From the NCBI GenBank assembly GCA_010093745.1, contig MU005980.1, positions 149,440-213,439 of the forward strand: a stretch of DNA of 64,000 nucleotides, in the 5' to 3' direction. Both the position numbers and the translations under genes were made by a program. This document shows positions 46,710-57,800 of this stretch, piece by piece. Position 1 is the stretch's first letter. The number at the start of each line of letters is the position of its first letter. Below the pieces are notes generated by a model. It had not been told where the DNA came from and made no database searches. It saw nothing but the letters and a program-made list of their open reading frames with translations. This DNA comes from Piedraia hortae CBS 480.64. Taxonomy: Eukaryota.

Positions 46710-48650
46710 ATGCAATACCATCTCAATGGTTTCAAGGGATCGGAAAACCCCTTGAAGCTACAGTTTGAAGGCGAGAGGGAGCCAGACTTCCAAACCTCGT
46801 TGCCATCTGAAGTCGATGTTTTTATCGTCGGTGCCGGCCCTGCCGGACAATTGCTTGGGGCCCAGCTGGCGCAGTTTCCCGATATAACTACTCGCATCAT
46901 AGAGACGAGACCGGGACGACTGGAAAATGGCCAAGCAGATGGTCTGCAATGTCGCACCGTTGAAATATTCCAGGCCTTTGGCTTTTGCCAACAAGTCTTA
47001 AGGGAAGGCTACTGGGTCAACGAATCAACCTTTTGTAGCCCTGGAGCGAACAATGTAGGACTCAAACGCACCGGTCGAGTGCCAGATACCGAGCACGAGC
47101 TGAGTGAATTTCCTCATATCATCTTGAATCAGGCCAGGATGCACGACCTTTGGTTGGAAACGATGAAGTGGAGCCCAACCCGTCTTGAGCCAAGCTACAA
47201 TCGCTCCCTTATTGGCTTCAACATCCCCAACAGTGACGGCCCTGTTGAAGTCGAAGTTGATCATAATGGTACTAGGGAAATAATCAAGGCGAAATACCTT
47301 GTTGGAGCTGATGGATCCCGTAGCGTTGTTCGGAAAAAGCTCGGACTGGAAATGAAGGGCGATTTTGCCAACCAAGCCTGGGGCGTCTTGGACTGTTTGG
47401 CTGTTACTGACTTTCCCGATGTTCGTTTGAAATGCTCCATCCACTCGGCCGAGGCAGGAAGCATCTTGATCGTTCCTCGTGAGGGTGGCTATCTTGTGCG
47501 TTTCTACATTGAGCTCGACAAACTCCAACCAAACGAGCGAGTTTTATCGTTAGGCATCACCTCAGACGTCCTGATCAAGCGAGCACAAGCCATTTTGAAA
47601 CCATTTACGTTTGAAGTGAAGCACATAGCCTACTGGTCCGTGTATGAAGTTGGTCAGCGGTTGACCGACCGCTTTCACGACGTTCCGCCAGGGAAAGACC
47701 GCAACCCCCGGGTGTTCATCGCCGGTGATGCCTGCCACACGCACTCGGCCAAGGCGGGCCAAGGCATGAACGTGTCCATGGCTGATGCCTTCAATCTCGG
47801 CTGGAAGCTTGCCGCTGTTCTTCATGGCACAACTGACCCTACGCTTCTGCGGACATATGACCAAGAGAGACAGACCGTTGCCCAGACTCTCATCAACTTT
47901 GATCGTCGCTTCTCGCGCATGTTCGCCGCCAAGCCCAAAGCTAAAAACAAGTCTGACAATGATCAAGTTCCCAACGGTCAATCCAATCTGGAGTACGTCG
48001 ATCCAGCAGTCTTCCAGGACTTTTACGTCCAACAAGGGCGCTTCACCGCGGGTTTACAGACCGAATACCCCTCTGGACTCATCACATCAAGCGATAAATC
48101 TCACCAATATCTCGCCTCCGGCCTTAAAATCGGCGAGCGGTTCCACTCAGCACAGGTCCTACGTCTGGCGGACGCGAAGCCCATACATCTCGCACACGTT
48201 ATGGTCGCAGATGGACGTTTTCGCCTCGTCATTTTCGGACCCAACACATGCGATCCACGCTTCAAAGACTCGCCCTTCTTCCACCTCTGCACCTTTCTTG
48301 ACCAAGAACTCATCCCAACATTCACCCCCAAAGGTCACGACATAGACAGCGTCATTGATGTGCGTGCGGTGATCCCGCAGTCCCGCACCTCGGTAGAGCT
48401 GCAAACCCTTCCGTCCATTCTCCGGCCTAAAAAGGGGAAGTTTGGTATGGTTGATTATGAAAAGGTTTTCACTGATGAGCCGAGCTATAATTTTGGTGGT
48501 GGTGGGTTCTATAGGAAGAGGCATATCAATGCCGAGGAGGGGTGTGCTGTTGTTGTAAGGCCTGATCAGCATGTCGCTGGTATCTGGCCTTTGGACGAGA
48601 GGGATGCGTTGAAGGGGTATTTTGGGGGGTTTTTGAAGGTGCAGAACTAA
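46710..48650 (+). CDS. FAD-dependent aromatic monooxygenase, phenol 2-/3-hydroxybenzoate 4-hydroxylase (PheA/MobA) family
   Basis: GAGPAG, GQADG, GADGSRS.VR, TDFPDVR, VPREGG, IAGDACHTHSAKAGQGMN, YEKVF, VVRPDQHV; intronless 646 aa. Confidence 0.93.
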   Translation: MQYHLNGFKGSENPLKLQFEGEREPDFQTSLPSEVDVFIVGAGPAGQLLGAQLAQFPDITTRIIETRPGRLENGQADGLQCRTVEIFQAFGFCQQVLREGYWVNESTFCSPGANNVGLKRTGRVPDTEHELSEFPHIILNQARMHDLWLETMKWSPTRLEPSYNRSLIGFNIPNSDGPVEVEVDHNGTREIIKAKYLVGADGSRSVVRKKLGLEMKGDFANQAWGVLDCLAVTDFPDVRLKCSIHSAEAGSILIVPREGGYLVRFYIELDKLQPNERVLSLGITSDVLIKRAQAILKPFTFEVKHIAYWSVYEVGQRLTDRFHDVPPGKDRNPRVFIAGDACHTHSAKAGQGMNVSMADAFNLGWKLAAVLHGTTDPTLLRTYDQERQTVAQTLINFDRRFSRMFAAKPKAKNKSDNDQVPNGQSNLEYVDPAVFQDFYVQQGRFTAGLQTEYPSGLITSSDKSHQYLASGLKIGERFHSAQVLRLADAKPIHLAHVMVADGRFRLVIFGPNTCDPRFKDSPFFHLCTFLDQELIPTFTPKGHDIDSVIDVRAVIPQSRTSVELQTLPSILRPKKGKFGMVDYEKVFTDEPSYNFGGGGFYRKRHINAEEGCAVVVRPDQHVAGIWPLDERDALKGYFGGFLKVQN

Positions 48651-50549
48651 GGGGTTTGGTTGGGTAGAGGTTTGGTAGGTTCATTACGAGCTACAGGTCG
48701 TCGATGTTCAATACGTTGTGGCACAATCCTATCTGCGTTGAAACTATGATTCGTGAATTCTTGGATTGATGCAAATGCAGTTGGCATCTCCATCAGTTGA
48801 ATGCCTCTTAGGCATTATTTTGGCAACTTTCTGTCGTGCCAAGAGTATGGAATTTTTACATCAAAATGTTAAGAGCAGCGCATAACTGCATCTGATACAA
48901 CCGCCAGTAACGATCAAACTCTCTGGGGCAATTTGTGTGCGCACATGAACATGGTCTTGGCATGCATCAAAGGTGCAGCTCGAATGAAATATGATAAGGG
49001 CTGAGAAAGTCGTTTTGCAAACTTAATAACCAAAGTACCTGAAACTTGATCTTTCTCATTGTGACCAAGCAGAATGAGAAAGCTGACCATTCCTGGCGAA
49101 AACAAAAATTTTCAGCATTTCTCTCCCAACCTTCGGTTAAGCAATCGCTTTCATCCAGCTAATATTGTTTTCCAAAGAGGCATGTTATGCGTCTTGCAGA
49201 GCTGTTGCCTCCTTCTGTTACGTGATTTGCTTCGGGTTCAGTAGAGTAGCAAGCTGCGGTCGTTCATCATTCCAAACTGATACTGGCAACAAATGTTGAA
49301 GTTTGCTCGTACGTACTATATATTCAATACCCATTCAGCAATACCCATGACTGTATCTCAACCGTCTTGGCCAGAATTTTGAGAACAGCCTACAGTTATG
49401 TATACACTACACCAGGCAACCATCCTTCACGCCTTTCGCCAGCTTGCGCTTCCCAGACTGCGCAGCAAAGAGCTCATTGCAAGTGTCTGCAACACACAGC
49501 TCCGATACCTTGATTCTGCGAGAAACCCTCGCAACTCATACCCGCCCCTCGTCCATATCTTACCTCCTGTTTCGACCTCATGAGGCCGTTCTATATCAAG
49601 ACTGCACTAGACAAGTCTTGTTCTAACTTTTTCTACAAGACATCAGCAAGCCATTTGTCTGGTTTGGCCTGCTGTTGAACGTTCCCGGGTCCCCAGTCCA
49701 TCCATCGCTATTCAATCGTTCTCTGCGTATCCGTGCACCATTCTCATGATGTGCCCGAGAGATTTACATCCACCCAAACAGTTCGTTGACCATCATCACT
49801 CGCATACGCTGGCCTCTGCAATTACTGCAATATAACTTATAAAAGACCACGTTACCTGGTCTCACGAAGGACAGAGCACACATTGACGAAGAAGATCTCG
49901 CTATATTAAGTGAAACGTTGTATCTGCAGAAAACCCAGAGGGCAGGAACAATACCAAGAAGCTTTTTGCCCTCGCTCAGTTCGCAAAAGTCAGTTCACAA
50001 ACATCGCCAAGGGGAAGTGCGGTATAGCTCAGCTACGAACGGATATTGAGCAAAATCCGGACATCGTAGCCCCTCTCAACTGGTACAGGTGCAAGTACCA
50101 GGCGGACTACCGAGGAAAGCTATGGTTACGCTCGAGTAAAGTCTACAACCATTCAGGGTCAACGCGCCTCTCAGCTGACATAAGCGTAAGAGTCGGATCT
50201 CTACAAACCACACTCAATACTGGCCTGAAGCAAGGCTCCAGGCGTTTGGAACACTTCTAAAACATTCTCCCGGAACAACGCCCAGTTCAAAGGCCGTGCA
50301 CCAGACCAATTTCCAAAAGAGAGGGTTCGGGGCGGACCCGGTAGAGCAATCAGTCATACCACCTGCCGAGAAGCGAAGCTACAACCAGAAGGAGCTTACT
50401 GGACGGGTAAAAGCATGTCACGTCATTTTCTCTAGCAAAAAATGCCAAGGAGTACAATAATTTTGTGGGCCAACCTCGATGCTGCTTTACGTCCTCTTCA
50501 ACCAGCAAGCGCAGTGTCGTGTCACGAACGCCTAATCAGGAAGTGGATG

Positions 50550-50869
50550 TGTCGGAGGGGTAAGCCTCCGAGGACTGGTGCGGAGCGGATATCGACGACC
50601 AATGTTTTCACTCAACTTTGACTGAAAAAGCGAATGTAGATGTCTGTGTCTATATGAGGTGAGGTTCGAAACCTTCCCCACACTACCTCAATCTAACCAC
50701 ATTCGCCGGGACAACGTCAGCGAACCATGCCCTTAAGATGAACGAGACAATGACACGTCTCAGGGTAAACTTCCTCCATAGAGGTAAAAACCCTGAGAAG
50801 CATCGACCTTTATCTAAGCTTGCAGATGTGATCTGGCTGTATACTGCATGAGATGGTTTCCGTCTCACA
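50550..50869 (-). mobile_element. Solo LTR, subfamily B (320 bp, inverted relative to the A copies)
   Basis: TGTCGGAGGGG...GTCTCACA; most of its length matches the A LTRs, the end matches 13704-13770; no TSD seen. Confidence 0.8.
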
Positions 50870-51007
50870 GCTTTTCAGGTTGCAGCTGCGATTCCTTGGT
50901 CTTCCGGCGCCAACTTATACCGTAACTTTTTTTTGAACCCATTAAACCACCCCGTCGAAGATTTGGAATCCAAACCAGGGTAGCACTGATGTATTAGCCT
51001 CTGTTAC

Positions 51008-51127
51008 AGTTAAAGGGGACGAATTGATAGTGTGAGTATACTGAGACGTAAATATCTGTATAATTGATATATAATGCATACATGAAGGGATGTTGTTCAT
51101 GGTCATCACGTGACACATCGTTCAACT
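51008..51127. mobile_element. 120-bp insertion element with AGTT..AACT ends, TSD GTTAC
   Basis: GTTAC|AGTTAAAG...TTCAACT|GTTAC; related copy at 52332. Confidence 0.8.
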
Positions 51128-51976
51128 GTTACGGAGAGTCCCGGACGAACGGACGGAACGGGACGTGGACGGGTCTATACGGTACGGGCCGCTTCACGCA
51201 CTAAACAGCTACCAATTTCGTGACGGCCTCCAAGTCGTTAAATTCTAGTCAGTGTGAGGCTGTCTGAACCCATTCTGCACCATCTGGGACAGTATCCTCC
51301 TGCGACTCAACAACATCTTCTTTGTGACACTTTTACAAAGGTCGCGTATCGCAATTAGTAGCAAGTACGGCTCCTCTTCTACGAGTGGTATCAGCTTTCT
51401 TACGGCATCCGAATAGACTTTCCTAGAATTTGCAAAGCGCTTGGGAGATTTGACTTTAGAACCCAGGTATCCCTAACAGTTGTCTCCGGATAATTGAAAT
51501 GCTTGGCCACCTCGTCTATGGTTGATCATTGGTGCGTTTCATCCAACCAAATTTAACCATCTCGGAGACTGTCCAACTCGTAGTTTCGTCAATGGAGGGT
51601 TCATTTCCGAGCTCTTGGCCCTCCTTTGGCGAATTACCAAGTCTTCATAGATATAGCCGAAATCAACAGAATAGAGCGGTTCAATGAGAGCATCGAGGAA
51701 CTGAGAGAATCCTGAAACCCACGTTAACTGCCGCCGCCCAAGCGCGCTGCCTGCCCAAGGCTTGGACAGCCGCCTGCTGACGCTCTCGTGGATTTCTTCC
51801 ATTCCACGTAGGCGTCGTTACCCTTGACTTTCATCGCCAACATGCAAATTAGTGAAGCTGCTTGTCTTGTTTCCTAGGTGCATTCTCTTCGGGTACTTGA
51901 CCATTGGCAAGCCGACCATCGAATTTTCGGCAGTTGCGTGTAGGTAGGTACTTGATAACCACACATTATCGTTTTG

Positions 51977-52300
51977 TCGAGCAACGTTCCAAGCGGATTG
52001 GGCCAGCGCAGGCTAATTTCACCAAAACTTTCAGGCAAACATTTATGAGGAACAAGACAACACCATAACCTCCGTCATCATGTACTTTTCAACGCGATGA
52101 TGACCGAGCCCATCGCAAACCAAGACATGCTGTTCTGAATGCGCTTGTCGGTAGACAGGTGTGGGCAATGAAGTTAAGTTGTCATGTTCTGCAGAAATTG
52201 TCTTTGCTCGCGCCCCGCCTAAATCGCTAGGGTAATCTTTAGAAAAAGCTAGGGAATCTAACCGCATTGGGAAGGTCGTTAATCAATGTTGGAATGGTGT
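51977..52300 (-). repeat. Left arm of 324-bp inverted repeat
   Basis: Reverse complement of 53204-53527; 52025-52291 identical to the partner. Confidence 0.95.
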
Positions 52301-52331
52301 TGCAGAATGACCCGTACGCGCTATCTGATTG

Positions 52332-52450
52332 AGTTGAAGGGAACGAACTAATAGCGTGAGTACACTAAGACGTGAATAATTGTATAGTTATATATAATGC
52401 ATACATGAGGAGACGTTAGTCATGGTCATCATGTGACACATCATTCAACT
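52332..52450. mobile_element. 119-bp insertion element with AGTTGAA..TTCAACT ends, TSD GATTG
   Basis: GATTG|AGTTGAAG...TTCAACT|GATTG. Confidence 0.82.
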
Positions 52451-52847
52451 GATTGGCTGTCTGATGTCCCTCTCTCTCGCACTCTCTGGAGAGCATGCAT
52501 ATTCCAAGGAAAGCATACTTCAAGTCCTAGATACCAATCAGGCAAGCAGGTAGATGATCAAATGAACGGGCAAACACAGCCTGTGGTACGCGTAGGTGTG
52601 GGAGGAGAGCTAGAGCCAAATCTGGCCATGCACAAACATCTGTGGCTTCTGCGGGCGGAATGTACGAGAGGCATTGGCGCAGCTACGAATCGAGACGCAA
52701 GCCTTGCGTGAAGAATCGCTCTTGGAACTCTCATATCGAATTCGTGGGTCAGGACAGGCCGGTAATACCTGGGACATCGGATTCTTGGTATCCCGGAGCT
52801 TATCTGCTTGCTTTGGGGTGGATTTACGTGACTCCAGGCTCAGATCC

Positions 52848-53153
52848 TGTCAAAAGGATGTAGCACCCACCATGACCAGAACCATAGATAGAAGTCGAAA
52901 CTTCTCAGGGTTTTTACCTCTATAGAGGAAGTTTTCCCTGAAACGGGTCATTGTCTCGTTCATCTTAAGGGCATGGTTCGCTGACGTTGTCCTGGCAAAT
53001 GCGGTTAGACTGAGGTAGTGTGGGGGAGGTTTCGAACCTCACCTCATAGAGATAGACAATTACATTTTCACCTTTTTTCAGTAAATGTTGAGGGAAAACT
53101 TTCGTCGTTGACATCCACTCCGCTCCAGTCCTCGGAGGTTCACCCCTCCGACA
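52848..53153 (+). mobile_element. Solo LTR, subfamily A (306 bp)
   Basis: TGTC...GACA; flanks GATCC/GATTC; about 10 differences from 18238-18544. Confidence 0.88.
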
Positions 53154-53203
53154 GATTCAGACATTGTCTACAGCAACGGGCAAAAGATGAAGATGGTCCT
53201 GTG

Positions 53204-53527
53204 ACACCATTTCAACATTGATTAACGACCTTCCCAATGCGGTTAGATTCCCTAGCTTTTTCTAAAGATTACCCTAGCGATTTAGGCGGGGCGCGAGCAA
53301 AGACAATTTCTGCAGAACATGACAACTTAACTTCATTGCCCACACCTGTCTACCGACAAGCGCATTCAGAACAGCATGTCTTGGTTTGCGATGGGCTCGG
53401 TCATCATCGCGTTGAAAAGTACATGATGACGGAGGTTATGGTGTTGTCTTGTTCCTCATAAATGTTTGCCTGAAAGTTTGGGTGAGGTTGGTTTGCGCTG
53501 GCCCAATCCGCTTGGAACGTCGCTCGA
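53204..53527 (+). repeat. Right arm of 324-bp inverted repeat
   Basis: 53213-53479 identical to the reverse complement of 52025-52291. Confidence 0.95.
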
Positions 53528-54834
53528 TGAATCTCGTCGACTCCTGGGCGCGATACCATCAAGATACACAGTAACATGCATACTCTATATCGTGTAAGGA
53601 CCTGGTAATAATAGATAAGATCAAAGCCCTAGGGTCACATACTGTTACTGGTCCTGGAAAGTTTTCGCATAAGCCCTCCAGGAGTTCCTGAAAAAGACCA
53701 TCTACGGACCACAGTACACTTTTGGTAGGCTCGGTTGTCCGTTAAATTACTCAACTCTACACTGTACCCACGAGTACCGGATACTTCCAAGCGTATAAAT
53801 TCCTTGCCAGCGAAAGCCCAAAGGCGCATAGGTCCATGCAAAAAACCTTTATTCACCTTTATTCACGAGAAGCTCCAAGCGAAAACCCCCACCTTACAGA
53901 CACACTATGCGGAGACGCCATCCAAGCCCCTTAATACATCTACCGCTCGTTACCGGCAATATACGCCAACCTTACCAGTTTGTCACTGCCGGCCACTCCC
54001 TGTCTCCACGACAGCCCATTCTCAAACGTCATCAAAACTCTGAGATTGTTTCGAGACCTACCAGCCTGCTTACCCGTTGAAATCAGAGACCGAAAAGTCA
54101 TGTTATGCGCGTACACCAACTGCTTGATAGGCAAAATGTCATAGCAGCAAAAGAGAGCGGTTTGTGACGCGCTGCAAACTGCTTCAAGCGCTGGGCGGCA
54201 TTCAAGTCGCCAAATCAACAGAGGATAGAGTATTGGACGCGACAGCGCGCAGGTGCAAGATCAAAGCAGAATAGCTGTAGGGTCTAAATGCTTTAAAGCG
54301 GTTGAGGAATTACAAAACACTACCCGAGAACAAAGCCGCATGCTGGGCGCCAAGGAGGCGCGCGCGGCTGTAAGATTAAAGCAGTGCGGTCGTCAACTTA
54401 GCAGAGGCGGGGTGGTTTTTAGAACGCCACATTTCTGTTCATAATGTTTAAATCATCTTGTGGAAACATGGTAGGAGTGTAAATAATCTTTTCTTGACAT
54501 GACTATTGGCAGCGTCATTTCCCGCCCCCAAACTTCGGTGGAAATACAACAGACCGTTTGTTCGTGCCGATTTTTAAACCATGATCGACTGAACGCTTCG
54601 AAGGATAGTGTACGGTCTACACCGACGGCTGGATCATAAAAGATGGTTTAGCTGTTCCTCAAATCATGCACATGCATCTTTCCTCGAGAAAGAATTAGAA
54701 GTGCTCTGTATGAATATACCCTCCCAATCCCATGACCCCTCAGTCGCCAAGAGAAAACTTCAATCTCACGAAAAAAATTGAAATCGCCTCGAAAGAGGCA
54801 TCATTGACTCACTACAGACTACACGACCTACAGG

Positions 54835-57800
54835 TCAAAGTGGCATCTTATTCATCTCCATCAACCTCTTCATCTCGCGATCCACCACCCCAAGCTTGTT
54901 ACGCGCAAGTTCCATCTTCCTCTTGATTTCCTCACACGAATCCTGTGGGTTAGCGGGCGCGGGTAAAGAGCGAAGGGGTGTCGAAGGGGTCGTAGTTGCG
55001 ATTGCCGGCGTAGCCTGAGCGGGTGGAACAGTCTTCACATTTGTAGTACCGGCAGTGGCATGGAAGACGCCCGGCGTGACGGGGCGATTGTACTCTCGCG
55101 CGGGAGGGAGGATAAATTCGTCAAGGTATTTGTCGACGTTGTCCACGAGGTATTCGTAACGACCAAGCGGCACGTCCTGGACAACGGCTTCCATAGCGGT
55201 GATGGCGCGGGCGTTACGAGCGCTAATGGCTTTTTGGAGGGCGGGTAAGTCGTAGCTTCCTTGGTAGACGGTACGCGGGTGGAAGCTGAGATGCGCGGGA
55301 CGAGCACGCTCGCTGCGCTCGAGCTCCAGGTAGCGCGCTTCCGAGTCGGGGGAGAGGCAGCGAAGGACAGTGCCGGAAGGAGTAACGAGTCCCGTGTTTC
55401 CGGGAGAGCTTTCAGGTCCGCCATAGCGGACGGACTCCAACGAACCGTCAAGCAGACCCTCGACTTCGCCATCGGAAAGCTCGTGGCGCTTCTTTTCCGA
55501 CGTCCAGTGAGCCGGCGGGTCGGGTGGATCCTTCGGAGAGGGGAGGGAACCCTTGGCGAAGATTTTCAGAGAGCGTTTGAACGATTCGTTCCGCTCAGTC
55601 AAAGACTTGATGAGATCGTCCACCGACTTGTCGAGTGCGGCTTTGGCTTCTTCTTTCACCGGAGTAGAGGCTGCCTTTTTCTCATCAACCACCATAGGCG
55701 TTGTCTTTTTCTCGTCAATAATCTTCGTAGGCGTCTTCTTCACGTCAGCTTTCTTATTCGACGTCTCCTCGTCAGACTTCTTCGTGGATGTCTGCTTCTC
55801 GTCAGGTAACTTAATCTTCTTCTTCTCCCGAGTAAACGTCACGGACGCTGCTGCAGCTGGCTCCGACGATGGCGAAGGCGAAGGCGGACGACTCGTGGCG
55901 GGAGTGACCGACCTGGAAGACACTGGCCTGTCCTTCTTTGTCTTCTTCTTGCGAGCAATGATGGCCTCGTGGGGGGTTTCGACAACGTCCTCGACCTTTG
56001 CTTCTTCCTCGCGCGCCTTTTCGCGTCTTTCTTGGCGGTCTTTGCGCACTTGGGTCTTGGTCTTTGCGCGAACGGGAGCGGACCCGACCTTGGACGCTCC
56101 GGCGCCCGAGGAAGCCACAACACTTGGCAGCGGTGGAGGGGAGTTGGCGCGCGACACCGACGCCGAAGTCATTGAAGAGAGAGATATCGGCGTCGACGGC
56201 ACAGGCGCGGCACTAGCGATGCTTGTTTTGCGACTGGAAGGGCCCTTGGGTAAAATACGAAGAGATTTAGGTGCGGTTTTGACAGGAGAAGTTGATGATG
56301 TCGACTGGTTCGTCACGGTAGAAATAGGGAGTTTGGGACTCGGCGGTTTGGAGACCTTTCCCGTGTTGTCTCTGTGAATGTCCGATTTTGGTGTCGTAGT
56401 TCGGGAAACGTCCTTTGTTTGGACCAGAGCTGGACGTGACTTGGGAATGATGGAATCCATGGTCTTGGGAGGTGGCAGCGCTGGGAATTCCTCGTCTTCT
56501 GTCAAACCTGTCAGCACTTACTCGTCCACAACATGCCGTTTGTATGATGCACAGCAGCGGAGCAGGCAGAAAAACAGCAGAATGGACATGGAAGCGGGCT
56601 GGAGAGCAAATGGAAATCCTTCCCAACTATCAGCGACTGCTAAGACCCATGCGCGTATACGTACATAGACAGCCACCGACTTCACCGCAAAAACGCCTCT
56701 GTGTGCCTGGTACTAGTCGACTTGACCAACACTTGGCAGCCGCTTTCCCGCATTTTTAGAAAGATTCAGAACGCCGCTTTGATATTTACCATCGTCCACC
56801 ATACGCTCCGCTGCCGTGCATCATGCCTCCGTTGTACAAGCCAGCCGTGCCCGCCGGAAAGTAGTTTGCAAAGCGCGTCTGCATTTCTGCCTCCATGCTG
56901 CTCGACGCTGACGGCGTGTGGGCGTGGCCCTGTCTGCCGTGCTTTTTGCTCTTCTTCTTGCCGCGCTGTCCATGTTTTTCGCCGTCACTGAAGACGGGAA
57001 AGGCTGGGCTGGGCGCCGCGTATCCGGCGGGACCGGCTGCCTGGTACACCGAGTAGGGGCTCGGGGTCATGAACTCACGCTTTTGTTCCACAACCAATCC
57101 ACTTGTTCGCATCCGCTCATCAGTCGCTCGCACACTCGCTCCGTACGGCCCGTAACCGTGTGTCTGTCCATACGACGCTACTGGAGGGGTGCCGGCCGTC
57201 TTGAGGCCCGGCGGCGGGCCCTGCACGTTGGACGTGTAAAACGGTTGCTGCGGCTGTTGCGGCTGCTGTGCCGGTTGCTGTTGAAATCCGCGCTGCTGCG
57301 GCATCGTCGCCGCCTGTTGCTTCACGATAGCAGCATTGGCAACTGGTTTTACATTGGCCGTGGCCGGGGCATCGTTGGCAAACGAATAACGCGACGTGTT
57401 GCGCTGGTGGCCCGGAGCTTGGGACTGGAAGCCGGTGAGGGCCATCTGCTGCTGCTGTCTCTGGCCCTCCAAGCCCGACGGACTGACGGCTCCGCTGTGG
57501 GCAAATTGATCCAATGCGCTGGACTCGGTCGTCTGGGATCGACCAAAATCGCGCCCACTGCCATCCTCCGGCTCTCCTCCAAGCCGTAAGCTGCCACTGA
57601 CCTCGATATTATCGCCCGACGGCTCGGGAAATTGTCGCTGAGCCTCGTTCCGTTCCTCCTCCTCGCGCTGTATCCGTAGACGCCGCTTTGCCGCCCCGTT
57701 TGGGTCGAAAAAGGACGGAAAGCTATCAATTATCTTGACGTCGGTTTCTGACATGCCGCTGGTAGAAAGTTCAAACCGGAGATCTTCCAGGTTGAATGAC

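Noticed and set aside
48700..50500. Coding remnants in 48.7-50.5 kb and 53.6-54.7 kb
   Set aside because: Only short ORFs with no motif I can identify; probably decayed repeats.
50655..50685. tRNA gene or tRNA-derived SINE at GGTTCGAAACC
   Set aside because: No cloverleaf or properly spaced A-box; the motif lies inside a TG..CA element with TSD-bearing relatives, which fits an LTR.
52043..53461. Two identical 74-aa ORFs (MRLDSLAFSK...) as duplicated genes
   Set aside because: They are a by-product of the inverted repeat; no recognisable domain or gene context.
53570..53649. Third AG..CT element (AGTAACA...TGTTACT)
   Set aside because: No target-site duplication and no clear similarity to the two 120-bp copies.
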